DNA of 64,000 bases from Chloroherpetonaceae bacterium (GCA_046292465.1 JBKBRB010000004.1:36329-100328), one strand, 5' to 3'. Shown: positions 20,301 through 31,017, numbered from the stretch's first letter. Numbers and translations are program-made. The notes: generated by a model not told the origin, from the letters alone.

Positions 20301-21452
20301 ATGAATGTCGATGTCGCCGTTGTCGGAGGCGGACCAGCAGGAGCTTCAGCCGCAAACGAACTTGCCAAAAAAGGGCTTTCCACCATTCTCATCGAGCGCA
20401 ATTTGAATAACGCTAAACCCTGCGGCGGCGCAATTCCACTCGGATTGATCGAAGAGTTTGAAATCCCTGACTTTTTGGTCGAGCGTAAAGTTACACACAT
20501 GGCAGTGCGCTCTCCGAAAGGCAAGATGGTTACGATGACCATGCCGAATGGATTTGTAGGCATGGTTCGGCGCGAACGCTTCGATAAATTCTTGCGCGAA
20601 CGTGCGGCGCAAAACGGCGCGATGCTTCTCGAAGGCAAATTCAGAACGATTGAGGAAACAGACGGCGGCTATCGGCTCTCGCTGGACATTAAGGGTGGCG
20701 AGACAATGGAAATTCGCTCAAAGTATGTGATTGGTGCGGACGGTGCGAACTCCAAAGTCGCGCTCGATTTAGCCTTCCCGCCCAATGAATTCAAAGCCGT
20801 TGCCATTCAACAACGCTTTCACGCGTGCGAAGAGCTTGCGCGCTATGAAAACTTAGTCGAGATTTGGTATGACGGCGAAGTCTCGCCTGACTTTTATGCG
20901 TGGGTATTTCCAAAAGCCGACCATATCGCCATTGGCACGGGCACCGAAGACGGCAAAGCCAATATCAAACATCTTCAAGCGCGATTCATCGAGAAACTTG
21001 GCATTCAAGCGAAGCCTTATTACGAAGAAGCCGCCAAAATTCCGATGCACCCACGCAAACGCTTTGTCAAAGGCAATGCGATGCTGGTTGGCGATGCGGC
21101 AGGGCTGGTTACGCCCTCCAACGGCGAAGGCATTTTCTTTGCGATGAAATCAGGCAAAATGGCCGCCGAAACGCTCATTGACCACATTCAAGGCAAAGGC
21201 TCGCCGCTTTCGATGTATGAAAAAAATTTTCGCAAACAGTTCGGCCTTATTTTCACAGGGCTTGGCTTGATGCAGTCAATTTACTATCGCAACGACCGCC
21301 TGCGCGAAAGTTTCGTTTCGATTTTGGAAGACAAGCACGTTCAACAAATTTCGTTTGACTCTTACCTTTACAAAAAAATGGTGCCTGCGCCGCTTTGGGT
21401 GCAACTGAAAATCACGGCGAAAAATCTCTACCACTTGGCGATTGGAAAGTAA
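20301..21452 (+). CDS. bchP: Geranylgeranyl reductase (bacteriochlorophyll phytol tail)
   Basis: GGGPAG FAD motif, 'AKPCGGAIP', '[12 protein letters not shown]', 'GDAAG...GEGIFFA', 'SYLYK'. Confidence 0.92.
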   Translation: MNVDVAVVGGGPAGASAANELAKKGLSTILIERNLNNAKPCGGAIPLGLIEEFEIPDFLVERKVTHMAVRSPKGKMVTMTMPNGFVGMVRRERFDKFLRERAAQNGAMLLEGKFRTIEETDGGYRLSLDIKGGETMEIRSKYVIGADGANSKVALDLAFPPNEFKAVAIQQRFHACEELARYENLVEIWYDGEVSPDFYAWVFPKADHIAIGTGTEDGKANIKHLQARFIEKLGIQAKPYYEEAAKIPMHPRKRFVKGNAMLVGDAAGLVTPSNGEGIFFAMKSGKMAAETLIDHIQGKGSPLSMYEKNFRKQFGLIFTGLGLMQSIYYRNDRLRESFVSILEDKHVQQISFDSYLYKKMVPAPLWVQLKITAKNLYHLAIGK

Positions 21453-21461
21453 GAGGAAATC

Positions 21462-22157
21462 ATGTTGCTCTCGATTCCGACATGGATTATTCACATTTCC
21501 TCCATGATTGAGTGGGGGCTTGCTGCGCTCTTGCTTTATCGCTACGGAAACTTGATTGGGCGCGACGACATCAAAAAGTTCGCGCTCTTGATGCTTCCGC
21601 ATTGGGCGGGCGGCTGGTGCGTAATTGCCTTTCATCTCACAAGTGATGAAATTCATTTTTGGCTTGAGGCTTCCAAAGTCGTCAACTTCGTTGGAAGTGT
21701 GTGCTTGCTTTACGGCTCGCTCTCGCTCTTGTTCGGTCGCAAAATCAAGCACGGAGCGTTAAGCCCGTCGGCGTTTCTGTTGCTAATTCTATTTCAATCG
21801 GTTCAAACCTTTCCTGAACTGTATTGGCGCGCCAAACTCATTGACATGATGTTTCAAATTTCAAGCGGCGTGTATTTCGGCTTTCTCATTTCGCTATTGT
21901 TTGTTTATTGGCGTGATAAGTCTGTCTTCTCTCCCGTTACGGTCTTCGGCTTTTGGTTTGTGCTTGTCTTTATTGGCGTTACGATTGTTTGCATGCATTT
22001 CTCAAAAGTGCGCGGCTATCCAACGCTCACGCACGACGACCTTTTGCATGGTTTAGCCGAAAGCCTGCTTACGCTAAGCAACCTTTTGATTGTGATTGGA
22101 ATCCAACAAAAAATGAAACAAGCCACTTCAATAGGAAATCTGAATTTAATTGCATAA
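21462..22157 (+). CDS. Ycf49/DUF2499 + DUF3593 fused membrane protein
   Basis: N-terminal 'LSIPTWIIHISSMIEW' (Ycf49-like); C-terminal 'GFWFVLVFIGVTI...DLLHGLAESLLTLSNLLIVIG' (DUF3593-like). Confidence 0.75.
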   Translation: MLLSIPTWIIHISSMIEWGLAALLLYRYGNLIGRDDIKKFALLMLPHWAGGWCVIAFHLTSDEIHFWLEASKVVNFVGSVCLLYGSLSLLFGRKIKHGALSPSAFLLLILFQSVQTFPELYWRAKLIDMMFQISSGVYFGFLISLLFVYWRDKSVFSPVTVFGFWFVLVFIGVTIVCMHFSKVRGYPTLTHDDLLHGLAESLLTLSNLLIVIGIQQKMKQATSIGNLNLIA

Positions 22158-22265
22158 GTTTGTAGCAATTCTAACCCTGCCTGTTCGAGTGTTCTTTGCA
22201 TATCGCTCAATGTTCGGACAGGCATGCGCTTCAAGTAGTATCAAAAGAAGTAAAGGAGAATAACA

Positions 22266-24137
22266 ATGAGCGAAGTCAAAAATCGTCCGCTTCGGGTTGA
22301 AACGAAGCAAGATGTTACGATTCTATTCGCTGGCGATTCAGGTGATGGCATGCAACTCACTGGAACGCAGTTCAGCGAAACCACTGCGATTTTAGGAAAC
22401 GACCTCAACACGTTTCCAAACTACCCTGCCGAAATTCGCGCCCCTGCTGGCACACTTGCGGGCGTCTCAGGATTTCAAGTTCAATTCGGAAGCAAAGAAA
22501 TTTTCACACCTGGCGACAAAATCGACGTGCTCGTTGCCATGAACGCCGCCGCGCTCAAAGCCAATTTGAAATTTCTCAAAGAAGGTAAAATCATCATCGC
22601 CAATGTCGACGGCTTCGATGAAAAAAATCTTCAACTCGCCAATTGCAAAACCAATCCGCTGACCGACGGCTCGCTCACGAAGTATCACGTCTATGCGATT
22701 GAAATCGGCAAACTGACACGCATGGCACTTGAAGGCACCGGATTAGGCACGAAAGAGATTGACCGCTCGAAGAACATGTTCGTGCTTGGGTTGCTCTTCT
22801 GGCTTTACAACCGTCCGCTTGATTACACCATCAAAAACATTCAAGAGAAATTCAAGAAGAAGCCAGAAATTGCCGAAGCCAATATCAAAGCCTTGCAAGC
22901 CGGTTATAGTTACGGCGATGCGACGGAAATTTTCACCACGCGCTACGAGGTCAGAAAAGCACAGTTGCCTGCGGGCAGCTATCGCCACATTATGGGCAAT
23001 CAAGCCACGGCTTACGGGCTTATTGCGGCGTCAAAAAAGTCCGGCTTGCCGCTCTTCCTTGGCTCTTATCCCATCACGCCGGCGTCTGACATTCTGCACG
23101 AACTCTCGAAGCACAAGAATTTTGGGGTTAAAACCTTCCAAGCCGAAGATGAAATTGCGGCAATGTGCGCAGCGATTGGTGCGGCTTACGGTGGCAATCT
23201 CGCAGTTACTTCTACTTCAGGTCCGGGAATGGATTTGAAAGAAGAAGCCATTGGACTTGCGGTCTCGCTCGAGCTGCCGATTGTGATTATCGATGTGCAA
23301 CGCGGCGGACCGTCAACGGGCTTGCCAACGAAGACGGAGCAATCCGACCTTCTGATGGCGATGTTCGGCAGACACGGCGAATCGCCCGTTCCGATTATCG
23401 CCGCTCACTCGCCTGCCGATTGCTTCAACGCCACCTTCGAGGCGGCACGGCTTGCGGTTGAATTTATGACGCCTGTTATCTGTCTCACTGATGGCTACAT
23501 CGCTAATGGTGCAGAGCCATGGCGTTTTCCAACGACGAGCGAATTGCCTGAATTCAAGGTCAAATTTGCCGCGCCGCGCAATCCAAACGACCCACCTTTC
23601 TTGCCTTACAAGCGTAGCGAAAACGGCGCACGCGAGTGGGCAATTCCGGGCACAAGAGGCTTAGAACACCGCATCGGCGGATTGGAAAAACAACACGAAA
23701 CGGGCAATGTTTCTTACGACAGCGAAAACCATGAATTGATGACGAAACTGCGCGCCGAAAAGATTGAGAAAATCGCCAACGCAATTCCGCTTCAAACCAT
23801 TGATAACGGCACAACCAAAGGCGAATTGCTCGTCTTGGGCTGGGGGTCAACATATGGCTCAATCAAGACCGCTGTGCGCGACTTGCGCGACGAAGGCTAC
23901 GACGTCTCACACGCGCATTTGACCTACCTGAATCCGTTCCCGAAAAATCTCGGCGAACTTATCTACAACTTCGACAAAGTTCTGATTCCTGAACTCAACA
24001 TGGGGCAACTTTCACGGCTCATTCGTGAAAAATTCCTTGTGCCTGCCGTGCAATTCAACAAGGTTCAAGGCATGCCGTTCACGGTTTCAGAACTCAAAGA
24101 AAAGATCATCGCAACCCTAAACCAAAAGGAGAAGTAA
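22266..24137 (+). CDS. korA: 2-oxoacid (2-oxoglutarate):ferredoxin oxidoreductase alpha subunit
   Basis: '[13 protein letters not shown]', 'YPITPAS', 'QAEDE', '[12 protein letters not shown]'. Confidence 0.93.
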   Translation: MSEVKNRPLRVETKQDVTILFAGDSGDGMQLTGTQFSETTAILGNDLNTFPNYPAEIRAPAGTLAGVSGFQVQFGSKEIFTPGDKIDVLVAMNAAALKANLKFLKEGKIIIANVDGFDEKNLQLANCKTNPLTDGSLTKYHVYAIEIGKLTRMALEGTGLGTKEIDRSKNMFVLGLLFWLYNRPLDYTIKNIQEKFKKKPEIAEANIKALQAGYSYGDATEIFTTRYEVRKAQLPAGSYRHIMGNQATAYGLIAASKKSGLPLFLGSYPITPASDILHELSKHKNFGVKTFQAEDEIAAMCAAIGAAYGGNLAVTSTSGPGMDLKEEAIGLAVSLELPIVIIDVQRGGPSTGLPTKTEQSDLLMAMFGRHGESPVPIIAAHSPADCFNATFEAARLAVEFMTPVICLTDGYIANGAEPWRFPTTSELPEFKVKFAAPRNPNDPPFLPYKRSENGAREWAIPGTRGLEHRIGGLEKQHETGNVSYDSENHELMTKLRAEKIEKIANAIPLQTIDNGTTKGELLVLGWGSTYGSIKTAVRDLRDEGYDVSHAHLTYLNPFPKNLGELIYNFDKVLIPELNMGQLSRLIREKFLVPAVQFNKVQGMPFTVSELKEKIIATLNQKEK

Positions 24138-24139
24138 GT

Positions 24140-25195
24140 ATGTCAGCATTGGATTTACAGGGCAACGGAAAAACGGTTGACCTACGGGTTTTGACACCGA
24201 AAGATTTTGTATCGGAGCAAGAGGTGCGCTGGTGTCCAGGGTGTGGCGATTATTCGATCTTGAAACAAGTGCAAGCCGTATTGCCTGAACTCGGCGTGCC
24301 GCGCGAAAATATCGTTTTTGTGTCGGGAATTGGTTGCTCCTCGCGTTTTCCATACTACATGGAAACCTTCGGCATTCACAGCATTCATGGGCGCGCAACA
24401 GCCGTTGCCACAGGCTTGAAAGCCGCTCGTCCTGACCTCGATGTGTGGATTATCGGTGGCGACGGCGATTTGCTTTCCATCGGCGGTAATCACACGCTTC
24501 ACTTGCTTCGTCGCAATTTGAACGTCAATGTGCTACTGTTCAACAACGAAATTTACGGATTGACGAAAGGGCAATACTCGCCAACGTCGCCAACAGGCTT
24601 TGTTACAAAATCATCGCCTTACGGCGCCATTGATTATCCTATCAATCCGCTTGCTTTTGCACTCGGAGCCGGTGGCACATTTATCGCGCGCACGATGGAC
24701 CGTGATGTCAAACATTTGCGCGAAATGCTCAAACGTGCTCACGCGCACAAAGGCACTTCGTTCTTGGAGATTTATCAAAACTGCGTCATCTTCAACGACG
24801 GTGCATTTGAAGACTTTACCGAAAAATCGGTCAAAGCCGAAAACGACCTCTTCCTCGAACACGGCAAGCCGCTCATTTTCGGCAAAAACAATGACAAAGG
24901 CATTAAACTCTTTGGGCTGAAGCCAATCGTTGTTGACCTTACGCTTCCGGATGTTTCCAAAGATGACCTTTGGATTCACGACGAGCACGACCGCACCAAA
25001 GCAAGCATTTTAACGCGCTTCTTCGACGAGCCCGGCTCTGAACACTACATGCCACGTCCGTTCGGCGTGTTCTACTCCGAAGAACGTTTCTGCTATGAAG
25101 ACGCTCTGATTGACCAAATCAAACTCGCCAAAGAAAAAGGCGAAGGCGATTTAGACGCGCTGCTTCGTGGCAAAGAGACTTGGACAGTGGCTTGA
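24140..25195 (+). CDS. korB: 2-oxoacid:ferredoxin oxidoreductase beta subunit
   Basis: 'WCPGCG', 'SGIGCS', 'GDGD', '[11 protein letters not shown]'. Confidence 0.93.
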   Translation: MSALDLQGNGKTVDLRVLTPKDFVSEQEVRWCPGCGDYSILKQVQAVLPELGVPRENIVFVSGIGCSSRFPYYMETFGIHSIHGRATAVATGLKAARPDLDVWIIGGDGDLLSIGGNHTLHLLRRNLNVNVLLFNNEIYGLTKGQYSPTSPTGFVTKSSPYGAIDYPINPLAFALGAGGTFIARTMDRDVKHLREMLKRAHAHKGTSFLEIYQNCVIFNDGAFEDFTEKSVKAENDLFLEHGKPLIFGKNNDKGIKLFGLKPIVVDLTLPDVSKDDLWIHDEHDRTKASILTRFFDEPGSEHYMPRPFGVFYSEERFCYEDALIDQIKLAKEKGEGDLDALLRGKETWTVA

Positions 25196-25216
25196 CGGTC
25201 TGTTCTATGACCAGTG

Positions 25217-25244
25217 AAAGCCGATTCGCAAGAGTCGGCTTTTT
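25217..25244. terminator. Intrinsic terminator between convergent korB and phosphatase gene
   Basis: aaagccgattc-gcaa-gagtcggcttttt. Confidence 0.85.
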
Positions 25245-25262
25245 GTGTTTAGGACAGTGTGT

Positions 25263-26960
25263 TTAGGAAATTTTCATGCAGACAAGCGTGATGTCGTCGT
25301 GCTGTTCGCTCATTGGTTGGAATCGTGCGGTTTCCTCTATGATTTTCTCAATGAGCGATGATGCGGGTTTATCGGCATGTGCTTTAAGAATTGCCTCGAG
25401 TCGTTCTTCGCCGAATTCTTCTCGTTTTTGGTTCATAGACTCGGTTACGCCGTCCGTGAACAGCAAGAGCGTATCGCCCGATTCAAGCACGGTTGTTTCG
25501 ACTTCATAAGGCTTGAGGGTTGAAATGACGCCGAGAATCACGCCCCCTTTTGTGAGCCTTTGAATCGCACCTGATTTTTTGAGAAGATAGGGCGGATTGT
25601 GTCCCGCATTGATGGAAATCATGGTGCGCGTTTGAAGGTTCATAACTGCGCAGAAGAACGTGATGAACTTATCGGCGGGCGTATTTTCGTAGATGATGTT
25701 GTTGATTTTTCCGACAACTTTGGAAAGGTCAAAGGTTTCAGGATTGAAGGCGGTCATGTAGGCTTTGATGGAGGCTTGCAAGTTTGCCATAAGTAGTGCG
25801 GCTGGTGTGCCTTTGCCGGTAACATCGGCGATGCCAAGAAAAAGATGTTTTTCATCGAGCATCATGATGTCGTAGTAATCACCGCCGACTTGTTTGGTCG
25901 GAATGTTTCGCGCCGCCAATTCAATGCCCGAGAGCACAGGCAGTGTTTTCGGGAGCAAGGCAGCTTGAATTTCTTTGGCGACTTGCATTTCTTTTTCCAT
26001 CGCTTGCACTTCGAGCGTTTCTTTGAACAGGCGCGCTTGTTCCAACGCATTTGCTGCTTGTGCGGCTGCAAGCGAAATAAAATCCAAGTCAGTTTCTGAA
26101 AAGGGTTGCTTTGTTACACGCTCGCCACATAAAAACAAGCCAATCGTTTTGTCATTGTTGCGCATCGGCACGATATAGTGCAAACCGCTCAAATACAGCA
26201 TAGGATAGTCGTCAGGCATAACTTTCATCGGCTTTTGCACCTGAAACGCTTTTTCCAATTCGTTTTGAAACTGCTGACCTTGCGAAAGGTTCTGCACTTC
26301 TATGCCAAGCGAGAGTTCAGTAATTGGCTTGCCACTTTCGCCACGCATGACGACCATATAAGTGCAAATCAGCATTTGCCCTGAAACAGAGTGCGAAAAG
26401 ATTTTGAGGATTTCGTCGCGCGAGAGCCCAACCGTGTAGGAGTTCGTTAGTTCAAAGAGCGTTTTAAGTTTTTGAACCGTTTGGTCGAGGTTGCGATTGA
26501 GTTGCTTCATTTCTTGAAGCGTGAATGCGCTCTCGAGCGCACTTGCCGTCAGTGCCGCAAGCGATTCGAGAAAGGCTATTTCAGCATTGGTATAGGGTGT
26601 ATTCGTGATTTTTTTTCCCAAAAGCAAACAACCAATTCGCCGTGTCTGCGAAACGAGCGGAACACACTGCTCAAACTGATTTGCTTCCATGAACGCACTT
26701 AAATTCTTGAACTGCTTCGGTGGCGAAGGCAGTCCACGATACTTGGCAAGGGTATAATACTCACTCTCCCCTTGACGCTCGATAATGCTGATGGCGGCGC
26801 GTGAGAGCACATACTTGCCCATCACTGTGCGCAACACATGGGAAAGCATCTGGTCGACGTCCGTCGACGCCACAAGCACTTTGCTTGTTTCTAAAAGCGA
26901 GTTCAGGTCGAGGGTTGAGAGCGGTTTCGTTTGTTCGACAAGTTCGGGCATATTCGCCAC
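25263..26960 (-). CDS. GAF-domain SpoIIE/RsbU-type PP2C phosphatase
   Basis: GAF-like segments; 'VGGDYYD', 'ADVTGKG', 'NAGH', 'FTDGVTE', 'DDITL'. Confidence 0.92.
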   Translation of the reverse strand: MANMPELVEQTKPLSTLDLNSLLETSKVLVASTDVDQMLSHVLRTVMGKYVLSRAAISIIERQGESEYYTLAKYRGLPSPPKQFKNLSAFMEANQFEQCVPLVSQTRRIGCLLLGKKITNTPYTNAEIAFLESLAALTASALESAFTLQEMKQLNRNLDQTVQKLKTLFELTNSYTVGLSRDEILKIFSHSVSGQMLICTYMVVMRGESGKPITELSLGIEVQNLSQGQQFQNELEKAFQVQKPMKVMPDDYPMLYLSGLHYIVPMRNNDKTIGLFLCGERVTKQPFSETDLDFISLAAAQAANALEQARLFKETLEVQAMEKEMQVAKEIQAALLPKTLPVLSGIELAARNIPTKQVGGDYYDIMMLDEKHLFLGIADVTGKGTPAALLMANLQASIKAYMTAFNPETFDLSKVVGKINNIIYENTPADKFITFFCAVMNLQTRTMISINAGHNPPYLLKKSGAIQRLTKGGVILGVISTLKPYEVETTVLESGDTLLLFTDGVTESMNQKREEFGEERLEAILKAHADKPASSLIEKIIEETARFQPMSEQHDDITLVCMKIS

Positions 26961-26965
26961 AATTA

Positions 26966-27226
26966 TTATGGATGATGAACATCAGCGGGCGGCGTGTGCG
27001 TCGCAGGCTTTGTTTCTGTGCAATCAAAAATAGGACTTTCAGGAAAGTATGTGCTGAGCAAATACAATGCTTCAAGCACCTCTTGGCTCTCTTTGCTATC
27101 GGGGGTCTGCGATTTTTCATCGATGAATCGTTGCAGTTCGTCATATTGCGCTTTACAGCCCATCTCCAAACACTTCCAGAGCGGCAGATGCAAATTACAT
27201 TCGTGTAAAAAATGTGGTTCGGTCAT
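26966..27226 (-). CDS. Small hypothetical protein (Cys/His-containing)
   Basis: ATG ORF ending 5 bp before the phosphatase gene; TAACTTTA promoter-like element upstream. Confidence 0.5.
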   Translation of the reverse strand: MTEPHFLHECNLHLPLWKCLEMGCKAQYDELQRFIDEKSQTPDSKESQEVLEALYLLSTYFPESPIFDCTETKPATHTPPADVHHP

Positions 27227-27358
27227 ATCTCTTCAGAGTTAATTTATACACCGAAATTGAACGCCGTTTACTGCGTAAAGTTAAACAGAGATATTCGGAA
27301 AACCGTTATGATTTTTCGCGACTGGCATGGCGCACTTGTAAGCATTTGGCTAGCAGTT

Positions 27359-27389
27359 TTTGAGCCTTGAGAAAAAGTGATTATATTTA
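27359..27389 (+). promoter_or_regulatory. Putative promoter TTTG-N19-TATATTTA
   Basis: Near match to the -33/-7 consensus upstream of the GAF-GGDEF gene. Confidence 0.4.
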
Positions 27390-27433
27390 CGTCTTTTTTA
27401 GAAAAGCGATTCTCATAATCTCAAATCGGCAGT

Positions 27434-29080
27434 TTGACGTTGGAAACGCAAGGCAATTATACCGTTTCGATGGACATGAGCGAAGGCGTCATCAATGTCC
27501 GTAAATATAGACCCGAGAAAACCTCCTCTCAGACCATCAAAATTGAACTCGAGCCTTTCGCTGAGCCTGATTCCACTTTGCCACACGACGCGCCGTTGAG
27601 CCTTGAAGAAGAATTAGGCTCGCTGATTTCCGAAATTCTTGCCACTATTACCGCATCGGTTCATGCTCACTGTGTCTGTTTTGCATGGGTGAGCACAAGT
27701 AAGAAAAAAATCTACTTTGCACACAAAGAAGTTTCTTCCGAGTTTTTCACGACTGAAAAATGGCTTGCCTTCGGAAGCGATGCGGTTACACAAGTCGTTT
27801 TAGCCAGAAACGGACAACTCTACACGGAAATCAGCGTAGAAGACGAGCCCAAACTGATTCGATACTACCGCACTCCTTTGGGCATCAAGTCGTTTATGGG
27901 TGTGCCTGTGTTTCATCGTGAGCAGATTTATGGCGTTTTGTTTGCCGATAGTTTGCAGAAGGGAGCGTTTCGTCAGGAGCATGTCAAACTTTTGAATCGG
28001 TTTGGCAAAATTTGCGCCACGCTCATTGACAATTATGCGATCAAAGCAGGACATTTGGAGTCGATACGTTTTGTTGAGCCCGCGATAGCGTTCATTTATT
28101 CGCTCTACAAAGAAACGCACCTTGAGCCGCAAATTCAGGCGTTTTGCAATGCTATCCAGAGTGTGATTGACTTTGACCATCTTGCGCTTGCGCTTATCAA
28201 TTCGCGCTCGGAATTGCGCATTCGCAATGTGCGCACTAAGAGCAGTTATGTGGCTGAAGGCGCGTTAGTAGATTTGGAACACTCGGCGGTTGGGCAAGCC
28301 GTTACACATGGCGGTTCGGGCATCATTGACGACCTTTCTTCGCTCGGCAGTCTGCCTCGCTTTTTTGCTGAGGAAACACAAGCCGGTCTGGCGCCTGCAC
28401 AAGGCTCAATGCTCATTATGCCGATTAAACTCGGCGATTTGACAGCGGGCGTTGTAACGCTGGAATCGTCTCACAAAAACTTTTTCAGTCAAGAGAGCGC
28501 ACAAAAAGCGCGCTTTTTTGTTAATGCGTTGTCTCTTTCGCTTAATAACTTCTTGCTCAAAGACCGCATCAAGCAAGTCTCGCCGTTTGATGAAGAAACA
28601 GGTCTTCTCTCGGCAAAAGCGTTTTTTGAACGCTTGCGTCATGAAACAAACCGTGCCACGCGCGAGCGCTCCGAAACCGCCTTGCTCTTAATTGAGTTTG
28701 ACGACCCAAAAGGCATAGAATCTCGAAGCAACCATAACCCAACGGCTCTTGCTAATCTTATGCAAGCAACGGCACGCATGATTGTCGCCAATGCTCGCAA
28801 CTACGACCTTGTTGGGCGCATCGGCAAAATGCGCTTCGGCGTCTGCCTCAACGGCATTACTGAAATTAACGCTCGATTCTGGGCGGAAAAAGTGCGCGAA
28901 CAAATTATCAATTTTCCATTTGAAACCGGCGACCAGTTCCGCACCATTTTAGCAACGGTAAGTATCGGGCTGGCGAAACTGCGCCACGAACAAGCCGACC
29001 TTGACCTTTGGCTTGAAGGAGCAGAAAAAGCCCTGAAGCACGCGCAAAATTCAGGTGGAAATTGTGTAAAAGTTTTTTAA
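27434..29080 (+). CDS. GAF-GAF-GGDEF protein, catalytically degenerate
   Basis: Two GAF-like domains (SFMGVPV, SMLIMPI), 'DEETGLL', GGDEF replaced by GKMRF, RNYD I-site, 'TVSIG'. Confidence 0.8.
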   Translation: MTLETQGNYTVSMDMSEGVINVRKYRPEKTSSQTIKIELEPFAEPDSTLPHDAPLSLEEELGSLISEILATITASVHAHCVCFAWVSTSKKKIYFAHKEVSSEFFTTEKWLAFGSDAVTQVVLARNGQLYTEISVEDEPKLIRYYRTPLGIKSFMGVPVFHREQIYGVLFADSLQKGAFRQEHVKLLNRFGKICATLIDNYAIKAGHLESIRFVEPAIAFIYSLYKETHLEPQIQAFCNAIQSVIDFDHLALALINSRSELRIRNVRTKSSYVAEGALVDLEHSAVGQAVTHGGSGIIDDLSSLGSLPRFFAEETQAGLAPAQGSMLIMPIKLGDLTAGVVTLESSHKNFFSQESAQKARFFVNALSLSLNNFLLKDRIKQVSPFDEETGLLSAKAFFERLRHETNRATRERSETALLLIEFDDPKGIESRSNHNPTALANLMQATARMIVANARNYDLVGRIGKMRFGVCLNGITEINARFWAEKVREQIINFPFETGDQFRTILATVSIGLAKLRHEQADLDLWLEGAEKALKHAQNSGGNCVKVF

Positions 29081-29136
29081 GTGAAATTTTGAGCCGCGTG
29101 CTCTGTGTTTCTCAATGTTAAATCTGACGCTCGAGC

Positions 29137-29406
29137 ATGACGCTTGGAAAAGTTATCGGCACGATTTGGGCAACGCGCAAAGATGAAGGGCTTGTGGGCA
29201 TGAAACTTCAAATCGTGCGACCCGTTGGCTTGGATTTACAAGCAAAAGAAGGATTTTTAATTGCTGTCGACTCCGTTGGAGCGGGCGTCGGCGAAATTGT
29301 TTTGATTGCCACTGGCAGCTCGGCACGCATGACAGAAATAACCAAAAATAAGCCCGTCGATGCGGTTATCATGGCGATTGTCGACAAGCTCGATGTAGCT
29401 GATTAG
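29137..29406 (+). CDS. Bacterial microcompartment pentamer (EutN/CcmL, BMC-P)
   Basis: 'GKVIGTIWATRK', 'AVDSVGAGVGEIVL...GSSAR', 'PVDAVIMAIVD'. Confidence 0.95.
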   Translation: MTLGKVIGTIWATRKDEGLVGMKLQIVRPVGLDLQAKEGFLIAVDSVGAGVGEIVLIATGSSARMTEITKNKPVDAVIMAIVDKLDVAD

Positions 29407-29444
29407 CGTAAGCAACCTTCAAATCTTTAACGAACATCTCAACC

Positions 29445-29735
29445 TTGTATCTTGGAAAAGTCATCGGCACAGTTTGGGCAACGCAAAAACATCAATCTCT
29501 TATCGGCGAGAAACTGCAACTTGTTCAGCCGATTGATGCCGGCCATGCTTCGGTAGGCAAAGTGCTCGTTGCTATTGATGCAATCGGTGCAGGAGTCGGT
29601 GAAACCGTGATGTATGTTACTTCTTCAGAAGCAGCGATTCCAATTAAATTGCGTAAGCATCTAAAACTTATCCCGACCGATGCCACCATCGTCGGAATTG
29701 TTGACAGCATCAGCGTTCAAACCGCTCCGAAATAG
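29445..29735 (+). CDS. Bacterial microcompartment pentamer (EutN/CcmL), second paralog
   Basis: TTG start; 'GKVIGTVWATQK', 'AIDAIGAGVGE', 'DATIVGIVD'. Confidence 0.92.
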   Translation: MYLGKVIGTVWATQKHQSLIGEKLQLVQPIDAGHASVGKVLVAIDAIGAGVGETVMYVTSSEAAIPIKLRKHLKLIPTDATIVGIVDSISVQTAPK

Positions 29736-29820
29736 TTGCAAAGTTTAACCTTGTCGGATTCAATCCGAGTTGTTTCAAACTCAATTTGTTTTAGTCACAT
29801 CATTTCTTGAAAGGAACACT

Positions 29821-30720
29821 ATGCGCCAACTGAAAATCAGCAGGCAAATTACCAATCGCGAGAGTGCGTCGCTCGACCGCTACTTGCAAGAAATCGGCAA
29901 GTTTGAGTTGCTAACCCCGAAAGATGAAATTGAACTGACGCGCAAAATCAAGCGTGGGGAAGGCAAGCCGGTTGACTCTCGCGAATACAAGGAAGCTCGT
30001 AGAGCCTTAGAAAAGCTCATTAAGTCGAACCTACGCTTTGTCGTTTCAGTGGCGAAGCAGTATCAAAATCAAGGGCTTTCACTTGGCGATTTAATCAACG
30101 AGGGCAATCTCGGGCTCATCAAAGCTGCCAAACGCTTCGATGAAACACGCGGATTCAAGTTCATTTCCTACGCCGTGTGGTGGATTCGCCAATCTATCTT
30201 GCAAGCCCTTGCCGAGCAATCGCGCATTGTGCGTTTGCCACTCAACCGTGTGGGAACGCTCAATAAAATCGGCAAAGCGTTTTCGCAGTTGGAGCAAGAA
30301 TACGAGCGCGACCCCAGCACCGAAGAACTTGCACAGCTCTTGGACATGCATTCTTCGGAAGTAACCGATACGCTCAAAATCGCCGGACGGCATATTTCCG
30401 TTGATGCGCCATTTGCACAAGGCGACGATAATCGCTTGCTCGATGTGCTTCAAAACGACTCGCAACGCCCTGACCATAGTTTGATTCAAGAGTCGCTCCG
30501 CATCGAGGTTGAGCGGTCGCTTTCGGCACTCACTTCGCGTGAAGCCGATGTCATTCGCTCTTACTTCGGCATTGGAATGGACAACCCGCTCACGCTCGAA
30601 GAAATCGGCGAGAAGTTCAAACTCACTCGCGAGCGCGTCCGTCAAATCAAAGAGAAAGCGATTCGCCGTCTGCGCAACTCTCCATATAGCAATGTGCTCA
30701 AAGAATATATCGGCGGATAA
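29821..30720 (+). CDS. rpoD: Primary RNA polymerase sigma-70 factor, Bacteroidetes/Chlorobi type (no region 1.1)
   Basis: '[26 protein letters not shown]', '[12 protein letters not shown]', '[10 protein letters not shown]', 'TRERVRQI'. Confidence 0.93.
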   Translation: MRQLKISRQITNRESASLDRYLQEIGKFELLTPKDEIELTRKIKRGEGKPVDSREYKEARRALEKLIKSNLRFVVSVAKQYQNQGLSLGDLINEGNLGLIKAAKRFDETRGFKFISYAVWWIRQSILQALAEQSRIVRLPLNRVGTLNKIGKAFSQLEQEYERDPSTEELAQLLDMHSSEVTDTLKIAGRHISVDAPFAQGDDNRLLDVLQNDSQRPDHSLIQESLRIEVERSLSALTSREADVIRSYFGIGMDNPLTLEEIGEKFKLTRERVRQIKEKAIRRLRNSPYSNVLKEYIGG

Positions 30721-30745
30721 ATCTGTTTGCTATCCTCATCTTGCT

Positions 30746-30772
30746 AAAAGCCCGTTGAAAAGCGGGCTTTTG
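30746..30772 (+). terminator. Intrinsic terminator after sigma gene
   Basis: aaaagcccgtt-gaaa-agcgggcttttg. Confidence 0.85.
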
Positions 30773-30775
30773 TTA

Positions 30776-30811
30776 TTGTTGTGAGAAACCTCCTTGTTGT
30801 GAGAAACCTCC
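30776..30811. repeat. 18-bp perfect tandem repeat x2
   Basis: ttgttgtgagaaacctcc at 30776-30793 and 30794-30811. Confidence 0.9.
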
Positions 30812-30981
30812 TTTTCAAATAGCTTTGCCTTTACGCTCTCTTGCCTGAACCAACCATTCGATTTGTGAGCCATGATCTCTTGTTCGATAGTGATGACGAA
30901 GTCCTGACCGCCAGTCGTGGAAAGCAAGGATTCGCAGTTTACTTGCCGATTCGGGCGTATCAGTGTCAGCGTGAAAAACTG

Positions 30982-30989
30982 TAACTTTG
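30982..30989 (+). promoter_or_regulatory. -7 promoter element TAACTTTG upstream of yqeY
   Basis: Exact TAnnTTTG match 28 bp before the ATG. Confidence 0.5.
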
Positions 30990-31017
30990 TATCTCAAATC
31001 AAACTTTCATTTTTGAA

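Noticed and set aside
29137..29735. Carboxysome or eut operon
   Set aside because: No RuBisCO, carbonic anhydrase, eutBC or hexamer genes in the window
30776..30811. CRISPR array
   Set aside because: Only two abutting 18-bp units, no spacers and no cas genes
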